Source: a virus
Taxonomy: Duplodnaviria > Caudoviricetes
DNA length: 52,411 bases
Strand: one strand, 5' to 3'
Virus record (IMG/VR): IMGVR_UViG_3300037751_000149
Coordinates: 1-52,411 of that record
Part shown: in pieces, positions 46,177 to 52,411 of the stretch
How positions within the stretch are numbered: position 1 is the first letter of the stretch
Layout: each line of letters starts with the position of its first letter
The notes under the pieces: generated by a model
The model's database searches: none
What the model saw: only the letters and a program-made list of their open reading frames with translations
What the model was told of the DNA's origin: nothing
Translations under genes and position numbers: made by a program

Positions 46177-46583
46177 CAGAACGGCACATCATCGCCCATA
46201 ACAGGCTCGGGAAACTGCTGGTCGTTACCATGGCTCTGGTGCCCCTGTGAGTCGCCGCGAGAAGACAGCATCTTCATGGTGCCCACGTTGATGATCGTCT
46301 TGTATTTCGTGGTCCCGTCTTTATCGTCCCACTTCTGGGTTTCAAATTTTCCGGAAACGAAAAGCAGCATTCCCTTGGTGACATACTGCCCGATGATCTC
46401 CGCCAGCTTTCCCCATGCCGTGCAGTTGATCCACTCGGTTTTCTCCTGCCTCTCGCCCGTGGCCTTGTCTTTCCATGACTCGGAGCAGGCAATGGAGAAG
46501 TTGGCAACAGCGGTTCCGCCCTGGGTATACCGAACTTCGGGATCTTTGCCGGTACGGCCTATGAAATTACATTGGTTCAGCAC
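46176..46583 (-). CDS. ssb: single-stranded DNA-binding protein
   Basis: LNQCNFIGRTGKDPEVRY...EKTEW...DDVPF tail. Confidence 0.95.
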   Translation of the reverse strand: MLNQCNFIGRTGKDPEVRYTQGGTAVANFSIACSESWKDKATGERQEKTEWINCTAWGKLAEIIGQYVTKGMLLFVSGKFETQKWDDKDGTTKYKTIINVGTMKMLSSRGDSQGHQSHGNDQQFPEPVMGDDVPF

Positions 46584-46587
46584 TGTT

Positions 46588-46725
46588 TCACCCCATTCCT
46601 TGATCGATTTTACCAACGGTATCGTTAATCTGCTCCGCAAGAGACCTGTCCATGGCGTGACCGTTTCGTACTGTTGCCCTGGCCCTGGCCTGGCCGGTAG
46701 GGATTATCGGGATGGTGAGCTTCAC
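46588..46725 (-). pseudogene. possible RusA-like remnant (45 aa)
   Basis: GGAGG SD, MKLTIPIIPTGQARARATVRNGHA resembles phage RusA N-termini; no catalytic D-x-D-N core. Confidence 0.5.
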
Positions 46726-46785
46726 TTATCGTCCTCCGCATGTGGGTCTTTCTCCAACCCAGAACACCGCCAAGGTGATTGAACT

Positions 46786-47595
46786 TCATTCAGTTACCTC
46801 ACGGGCTGCGTTGAAGCCAGCCTCGGCAGCACCAGAAAGCTCACCCACCCAATATCCCCTGGCCTCACACCACTCCTTAAACGTGGCATACTTATTATGT
46901 TGGCGTGTTGACGATTTCCTGATCGTCTTGTTCGTAACCTTCTTCTTCCCCGCCGCCTTGGCGGTGTCAAGATGGACAGCAAGCACGCTCCCGGCCCCGC
47001 TGCCGTGTTTTCGCAGCGCGGCAATGGCGACATGCGCGGCAACCTCTCCACGGGCCACCATGCCCTGCACATCGCTGTTTGATTCGGCAAGAAAAACCAT
47101 GTCGTGGACATGCTGCCGGGTTTTTCCCACCTTGTCGCCAATCTCCCGCTCGTCAAAGCCGAATGCGGCCAGCTTGCGATACTGGAGCCCCATTTGCAGA
47201 GGAGTCAGGTTCTTGCCTTGGGAACTGGTCAGCATGTGGGCGATACGATCCGCATCATTGCCACGGAACTGCACCACGTCTACCCGCTTTATCTCCTGCC
47301 CGCCCTCGATCAGCTCCCGGATGGCTGCCAGACGATGGTGGCCGTCAACCAGGATAATCCGGCCATTGTCAACCCGGACAAACAGCGGCGGGAGAATCGA
47401 GCCGGCCAGCATCGACGTTTTCATGGCGCCAACATGCTCCTGGTCAATCGGGCGGGCGTTGAAACCCGGCTCGATCTCGATCTTGTGCGGGTCAACCTGG
47501 AACTGCGTGGTCTTCTGGATTCCCTCAATCTTTCGCTCGGCAAGCACTTTGAGCGATACCGCGCCCGCCGTGTTGCTGTTTTCTGCTGTGGTCAT
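46786..47595 (-). CDS. ParB N-terminal domain protein
   Basis: EPGFNAR, LPPLFV, LVDGHHRLAA, LTPLQ, HTH. Confidence 0.85.
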   Translation of the reverse strand: MTTAENSNTAGAVSLKVLAERKIEGIQKTTQFQVDPHKIEIEPGFNARPIDQEHVGAMKTSMLAGSILPPLFVRVDNGRIILVDGHHRLAAIRELIEGGQEIKRVDVVQFRGNDADRIAHMLTSSQGKNLTPLQMGLQYRKLAAFGFDEREIGDKVGKTRQHVHDMVFLAESNSDVQGMVARGEVAAHVAIAALRKHGSGAGSVLAVHLDTAKAAGKKKVTNKTIRKSSTRQHNKYATFKEWCEARGYWVGELSGAAEAGFNAAREVTE

Positions 47596-47607
47596 GTGCC
47601 CCCCTTT

Positions 47608-48045
47608 TTACTGGCCGACAACGCGAAGCTGCGGCCTTTGTTTTTCCTCTGCCAAAACTATCTCCCTGGCCTCGGTGTCGCTGATCCCTTTATCGAGCAT
47701 CACCGCTACAACCTTTTTGGCGAATATCCTGGCTGCGTTTGCCTCTGGAGTGTCTACCCAGGCCTCTTCTTCAATCAGCCCGGCAACCGGCTTTTTAGGT
47801 GGGTTCCGGCATATCTCTTCATGGCAGGCAATAAGCTCATGGACAGCCGGGATGCCCTCGTATCTCTTCCTTGCCATCCTCACCGCGGTAAGAAAGTTTT
47901 CGGCAGACCACCCCATGTCCTCGAAGTCTTCAAGGTACTCATCCGTCAAAATTGCCAACTGCGCTCCCGTTTTGCTGTGAAATTTGGAGCGGATGTGTAA
48001 TCGCTGGATCTGATCGCCCACTATTTCCCTGGTCAGAGTCGCCAT
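47608..48045 (-). CDS. hypothetical replication-associated protein (helicase-loader position)
   Basis: GAGG SD; overlaps the 3' end of the initiator gene. Confidence 0.6.
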   Translation of the reverse strand: MATLTREIVGDQIQRLHIRSKFHSKTGAQLAILTDEYLEDFEDMGWSAENFLTAVRMARKRYEGIPAVHELIACHEEICRNPPKKPVAGLIEEEAWVDTPEANAARIFAKKVVAVMLDKGISDTEAREIVLAEEKQRPQLRVVGQ

Positions 48046-48871
48046 ATTTTTTCCTCAAAAGATTTCGCGCCATTGCGTCATTTTCCAAAACCTGTGCCTG
48101 GTGTACGGTGTTCGCCCTGATTGCGGTTCCTGGCTGTGGGGGTGCTCGGCGCGGCCTGTTCTGCTCACCGCCAAGCCACCGGGTTATGTGCCCCCTGATT
48201 CCAGCAGCGGTTTTTCTCTTGGCTGGGTTGTCCGTGTTCCACTGCCGGATTTCCTTGAGTGCCTGGAGAACATCAACCGCCTGGAAGGTGTCTTGCCATT
48301 GGTCGATGTCAATCTGGGTGATGTTGAAATTACCGTCCCTTTTTATCAGGGGGATGGTGAGTATTGCAGGCTCGACAATTTCCGGCAAAAGAACGGCTGG
48401 CGATGGGCCGGATTCTTCCGGCTCGGCGCAAGTCTTTTCTTCAGGAATCAGTGAATCAGGAATCAGTAACAAGGAATCAGGAATCAGGGGGATATTCACC
48501 GTTACTTCACCGTGAATATCAGGAGTATCAGAATTACAACAAGATAAGGTGCGCTCTGGAATAATTGACTTCTTTTCCGTGTGGTGCGGCTGCTGGTGTT
48601 TTTGGAAGTTTTCGATCTGAATATACTGCTCACCGTCAACCACATATCTATCCACAAACTTTAACCGTGCAAGTTTCGTGAGTTCACCGTTAACGTCGCA
48701 ATCATAGTAAGGGAACAGTTCAGCTTTAATTAACCTGGGCTTATCCTCAAGACGGCCATCTCTATCCGCAAGGCACCACAACCCAGCAAATAGAAGCTGG
48801 GATACAGGGCCAAGGTCTGCAAGATCGTAGTTTTTAAAGAACCCTGGCTTGATATTTCTTGACCTAGCCAC
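47939..48871 (-). CDS. phage replication initiator (O-like)
   Basis: MARSRNIKPGFF...LLFAGLWCLADRDGRL...NFQKHQ; C-terminal WNTDNPAKRKT..GI...ITRWL. Confidence 0.85.
   Translation of the reverse strand: MARSRNIKPGFFKNYDLADLGPVSQLLFAGLWCLADRDGRLEDKPRLIKAELFPYYDCDVNGELTKLARLKFVDRYVVDGEQYIQIENFQKHQQPHHTEKKSIIPERTLSCCNSDTPDIHGEVTVNIPLIPDSLLLIPDSLIPEEKTCAEPEESGPSPAVLLPEIVEPAILTIPLIKRDGNFNITQIDIDQWQDTFQAVDVLQALKEIRQWNTDNPAKRKTAAGIRGHITRWLGGEQNRPRRAPPQPGTAIRANTVHQAQVLENDAMARNLLRKKYGDSDQGNSGRSDPAITHPLQISQQNGSAVGNFDG
48445..48533. repeat. GAATCAG iteron-like repeats, putative replication origin
   Basis: GAATCAG at 48445, 48453, 48460, 48474, 48481 plus degenerate copies, in the linker of the initiator gene. 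Confidence 0.6.
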
Positions 48872-48895
48872 TACTCACCCCTCCTCTGAACGCAC

Positions 48896-48972
48896 AAAAA
48901 CCCCTACCAACGGCACAAGGCGGGAAGGCGCAGGGGCCAGACCTTGAGAGACGTCCGTTGGTAGGGGTTTTT
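48896..48972 (-). promoter_or_regulatory. 18-bp perfect inverted repeat (attenuator/terminator-like) upstream of the initiator
   Basis: AAAAACCCCTACCAACGG / CCGTTGGTAGGGGTTTTT with 41-nt loop. Confidence 0.75.
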
Positions 48973-49148
48973 CTATTTTCATTATCCGCCTTTTCCCTTT
49001 ATGTTTGTATCAACTCCCCAGGGGTCCAGGCTGGTTCAACTCGCTGATAAGGACATTTGACACTTCAACCAAAAAAATATCAATGGTAATAAATAAAAAG
49101 ATCAGTGCTTATACACGAAACATGAATGGTTGTTCATAATTACAACCG

Positions 49149-49334
49149 TCAAATTAAGTTTTTGTCTTTCGCCATCCACTCCGGCATCGTCACCACCACC
49201 GTCTGCCCGACCTCGCCCTCATATTCAAGCTGCGATTTCGGCAGCCACTCGGTTACATCTCCGTCCGTTACCTGGATGGCACGCTCTGATTCCCGCAGGA
49301 TTTCTACTGTGATTTCGGTTGTGGCTTGGCTCAT
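49149..49334 (-). CDS. small acidic hypothetical protein
   Basis: ESERAIQV...WLPKSQ...MPEWMAKDK; ATGA coupling. Confidence 0.75.
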   Translation of the reverse strand: MSQATTEITVEILRESERAIQVTDGDVTEWLPKSQLEYEGEVGQTVVVTMPEWMAKDKNLI

Positions 49335-50098
49335 GCGGATACCTCTGGAAACGCTTGGCCCTGCAACTCTTCCGGGATCGGTGCGCCTGCGCTCATTTGC
49401 TTCATAAAGAATGGGGTGCCGGAAACAGCACATTGCGCCTTGAGATATCCGGCCCAATCTTTTTCCATGATCCGAGCTTCCGGCCCCGATTCTCCCCCAC
49501 AGATAACCCAATGAATCTTTGGATTATCATCGGCATGTTCGTGGACACCTGGGGTTTGATAAACTCCAGCCAAGGCGTCGTATGTTGCAGCTCCGCCCAA
49601 ATCAATTCTTGTTAAATCGACCTCACCAACCATGGGCTCAACGGAAACAAAAAGAACTGGTGCCCCATGGACAGAAAAAAGGATAGGAATACGCTTGTTT
49701 GCCACCTCCTGATTCTCGGCGGTAACGCCAAGCCACACGTTTTTAAATGGCCATCCGACAGGCAACCGACCGGCGATGTTCTCTGGCCGCTTCGTGAGTA
49801 TCTGGTATGTCAGGTGCGGAGTCTTGCGGATGATCTCCCACGCCTCGTCGCGCCACGGGTCAGCTTCCTTAATGAAGAAGTCTGACCATGAGCAGATAAA
49901 TACCTTGGCCGGTTCTTTCCATTTCAACGGGAGATTGAAGGTGGCAGGCTTGGAGCGGATCACCGTTGCCGGGTCTTGCCCGTACCTGTTTTTGTCCCGG
50001 TACATATAGCAATTCATGCAGCCAGGAGACACCTTATGGCAACCCTGCCATGGGTTCCATGTGTTGTCGGTCCATAATATTCCTGAGTTCTCAGCCAT
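49331..50098 (-). CDS. DUF5131 (phage Gp37/Gp68) radical-SAM-like protein
   Basis: WTDNTWNPWQGCHKVSPGCMNCY, LTKRP, WVICGGESG, PFFMKQ. Confidence 0.92.
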   Translation of the reverse strand: MAENSGILWTDNTWNPWQGCHKVSPGCMNCYMYRDKNRYGQDPATVIRSKPATFNLPLKWKEPAKVFICSWSDFFIKEADPWRDEAWEIIRKTPHLTYQILTKRPENIAGRLPVGWPFKNVWLGVTAENQEVANKRIPILFSVHGAPVLFVSVEPMVGEVDLTRIDLGGAATYDALAGVYQTPGVHEHADDNPKIHWVICGGESGPEARIMEKDWAGYLKAQCAVSGTPFFMKQMSAGAPIPEELQGQAFPEVSA

Positions 50099-50201
50099 TT
50101 TGTTTCCTCCTACCTATAAGCCCCGGCCCAGATAGCAAAGAGATTCACAACTAGGGCCAGGGTTAAAATTGCCATGGTTCTGCGCTGCCAGGTGGTCATA
50201 A

Positions 50202-50390
50202 TTAAAACACCACCTTTTCATCAACGCACTGCTCATTGTCCGGCTCAACCCGGAAGGAAATAATCAAACCCAACTCAAAGGCATCTTTGAATATGTCGTG
50301 GAGTTTTGTCTTGGGGTTCTGGAATTTCTTTCCAAGAATCTCCAGCTTTTTCCCATACTCGGCTAACCCGTTTGTTTCTTGAGTGCTCAT
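50202..50390 (-). CDS. hypothetical protein
   Basis: AGGAGG SD; ATGA coupling. Confidence 0.6.
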   Translation of the reverse strand: MSTQETNGLAEYGKKLEILGKKFQNPKTKLHDIFKDAFELGLIISFRVEPDNEQCVDEKVVF

Positions 50391-50704
50391 GCCTTTATAA
50401 TCCTCCTTTCAAACCTGTTTGCCAGCGTCCGCATGATCCCTCGGTGCGTGTAAAACCGCTGGTCCTCATCGTTGATAAGCTCCCCGTTGATCCGCAACCT
50501 GCGGTCGATGTAATCGTGTCAGGGGCCGCACCCATCGGCCACCGCGAAGTCTGGGGCCTTGGTGCCGTTGCGATCCTCACAAAGAGGAGAATGACAGGGA
50601 ACGGTTGTCTCGGTGCCGCCGATACACACGCCTGGAATCTCAAGGGTGCAATACTGGCCATTGGCCGCATCGGTGAGCTTCTTGTTTCTGAAAGGTGCGC
50701 TCAT
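50387..50704 (-). CDS. YbcO/DUF1364-like nuclease-domain protein with in-frame TGA (candidate selenocysteine)
   Basis: ANGQYCTLEIPGVC...TTVPCH...GTKAPD...GCGP[TGA]HDYID; frame continues 43 more codons to an ATGA overlap at 50387-50390. Confidence 0.8.
50489..50521 (-). promoter_or_regulatory. candidate bacterial SECIS element
   Basis: UGA CACGAUUACAUC GA-CCGCA-GGU-UGCGG-A-UC; G-initiated apical loop 19 nt after UGA. Confidence 0.65.
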
Positions 50705-51219
50705 GCCATCCCTTTTCTCAGATGATCGACCAAATCATTCCCGATTTGCGGCACCAGCTTTCGGAGCAGAGTTTCGCGTGGCATCGCCCGCAGACCACGC
50801 TCAGAAATCATGTAGGCCGAGTGCGGGCCGGCGGAATATTCCAGATGCACTGCGGCCTGAAAAGTTTCCCTGTTTTCTTTCAGAAACACCCGGAGTGCCC
50901 ACAGGTCTATTCTCCGAAATGCTATTGAATCTGGCCGGTCATCCCCAACAACCACACCTAAATCCAGGGGAGGGAACGCCTCTGCTCGGCATCTATCGCG
51001 TGGCCCAACCCCCATCAACTTCTTTGGCGGCAGAGCAATGGAATTATGGCAGACTGATTCAATTATGGCCCGCATCTCAAGCATGTTGACCCTTGCATCT
51101 TTCAGCTCTGCCGAATAATAATTCATCAATTCGGCGCTCAGTTGTTGAGCTTGCTTCCATTTCACTATCTCTTCCAGGTGCTTCCGCTTCTGGTTTCTTC
51201 CGTATCTCCGAGACATCAT
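50701..51219 (-). CDS. hypothetical phage protein
   Basis: MSRRYGRNQKRK start; ATGA-coupled both sides. Confidence 0.7.
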   Translation of the reverse strand: MMSRRYGRNQKRKHLEEIVKWKQAQQLSAELMNYYSAELKDARVNMLEMRAIIESVCHNSIALPPKKLMGVGPRDRCRAEAFPPLDLGVVVGDDRPDSIAFRRIDLWALRVFLKENRETFQAAVHLEYSAGPHSAYMISERGLRAMPRETLLRKLVPQIGNDLVDHLRKGMA

Positions 51220-51674
51220 CTCCCCCTATCGTCCGGATGCGGCAGCCTGATCGCAAGCCCCGCCGCCTCCCGCTCAACTTCGTTCATAAATTCCGACATC
51301 TGCTTGATGCCGGCCTTGGTAATCGACGTTTCCTTGACGATATGCCGCCACAGCCTGTCGGCCTCTTCTTTCATCCCCATGGCCCGCACAGCATCAAGCG
51401 ACGAGACCATTTCAGCGTATTCAATGTCATCCCGGATGAAGATAGGGACAAGATGCCGCTCTTTGCTTTGCTCGTGCATGGCATCCTTGGTCATGCCAAG
51501 CTCTTCGCCGATAATTCCCATCCACTTGAAGTACAGCCCGCGCTGTTCTGCGCTAATGTCCTTCTTTGCCTCACGGATGATGATCTCATGGACAGGCTCC
51601 ATGGGTAGCCCAGCAATAATCGCCTGCGCCCTGGCGGCAAGCTCCGGGGTTCTGATGGTGAGGGTTTGCTTCAT
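51216..51674 (-). CDS. NinB/YbcN-like recombination protein
   Basis: SAEQRGLYFKW...MHEQSK...SITK....QMSEFM...GLAIRLP. Confidence 0.7.
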   Translation of the reverse strand: MKQTLTIRTPELAARAQAIIAGLPMEPVHEIIIREAKKDISAEQRGLYFKWMGIIGEELGMTKDAMHEQSKERHLVPIFIRDDIEYAEMVSSLDAVRAMGMKEEADRLWRHIVKETSITKAGIKQMSEFMNEVEREAAGLAIRLPHPDDRGR

Positions 51675-52411
51675 GCGCCGGCCACCATATCCATGGGGCT
51701 GATTACCCCGGCACCGCGGCTCATCACATGCAGGTATATCTGCGTGGTGCGGATGTCGTCGTGGCCCAGGAGATCCTGCACGGTGCGAATGTCAACCCCG
51801 CTTTCGAGCAGGTGCGTGGCGAAGGAGTGGCGAAACGAATGGCAGGAGGCCATCTTGTTGACCTTTGCCCGCCGCACTGCCAGCTTTACCTGCCGCTGCA
51901 AGGCCGATTCGTGCAGGTGGTGGCGGTAGAAACATCCGGTTGGCTTGTCCACGCACAGGCGGGAAGCGGGAAAGATGTACTGCCAAGCCAGTTCCTTGGA
52001 GGCGTTCCGGTATTTGCGGGCCAGCGCCGGTTCCATGGTGGATCCCTCGTAGCCGTGCGCGAGATCGTCGGCAAGCAGGGCCTCCGCCCGGGCGACATGC
52101 GCCCGCAGGCGGTCCACCGCCGAGACAGGCAAAGGGACGATCCGGTCTTTTTGCCCCTTGCCGAATTTGACATGCAGGGAGGCGCGGTCAAAATCAATCT
52201 CCTTGACCCGCAGACGGCAGCACTCCATAAGCCGAAGGCCTGAGCCGTAAAGCAGGGCAGCCATAAGCGCATAGGGCTCCGGGAGCAGGGAGATAACCCG
52301 CTTGGCTTCGGCACGACTGAAGACCACCGGCAGGTTTTTCGGCCGCTTGGCCCGAACGAACTGGCTAAAATCCCCGACCTCAACCTGGATCACATGCTTG
52401 TAAAGAAAAAC
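51671..52411 (-). CDS. intI: integron integrase (5' end beyond window)
   Basis: FLYKHV, RAKRPKNLPVVFS, LLYGSGLRLMEC, GKGQKDR, IntI-specific insertion ALARKY...WQYIFP...RHHLHESALQR, HSFRHSFATHLL, LLGH, TTQIY; frame open to window edge. Confidence 0.95.
   Translation of the reverse strand, partial: VFLYKHVIQVEVGDFSQFVRAKRPKNLPVVFSRAEAKRVISLLPEPYALMAALLYGSGLRLMECCRLRVKEIDFDRASLHVKFGKGQKDRIVPLPVSAVDRLRAHVARAEALLADDLAHGYEGSTMEPALARKYRNASKELAWQYIFPASRLCVDKPTGCFYRHHLHESALQRQVKLAVRRAKVNKMASCHSFRHSFATHLLESGVDIRTVQDLLGHDDIRTTQIYLHVMSRGAGVISPMDMVAGA

Noticed and set aside
50115-50168. Hairpin upstream of the DUF5131 gene as a second attC
   Set aside because: It ends in GTTAAAA, but the left box reads TAAG rather than AAC, and there is no L-box or unpaired-spacer architecture.
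50519-50521. Genome-wide TGA reassignment
   Set aside because: Many genes end in TGA with ATGA overlaps and other ORFs are uninterrupted, so any recoding must be site-specific.
10736-52243. Numerous long plus-strand ORFs (e.g. 36835-37824, 45218-46201, 46712-47980)
   Set aside because: They are antisense shadows of well-supported minus-strand genes in GC-rich DNA and show no recognisable motifs.

Overview
The window is a near-complete genome (~52 kb) of a temperate, probably podovirus-like bacteriophage in excised/circular form. An intact attP (3' half of tRNA-Thr(CGT)) lies mid-window beside a tyrosine integrase, with phage genes on both sides. Almost all genes are on the minus strand. They comprise a cro-led early operon (antirepressor, RecT, YqaJ), a nin/replication block, and a late block (terminase, portal, capsid, virion/ejection proteins, lysis). 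A plus-strand operon runs cI-to-integrase. Three features stand out. (1) Both window ends fall inside what appears to be an integron built into the phage early operon: an attC site overlaps the yqaJ stop codon at the left end, and an IntI-type integrase is translationally coupled to a NinB-like gene at the right end. (2) A YbcO/DUF1364-like gene has an in-frame TGA at a conserved Cys position, followed by a bacterial SECIS-like hairpin, making it a candidate phage selenoprotein. (3) A CGGCAAC-box/terminator element occurs four times in the late region, the first copy directly behind a small leaderless ORF, suggesting an unrecognised antitermination system. All product calls come from motif recognition by eye; no searches were run.
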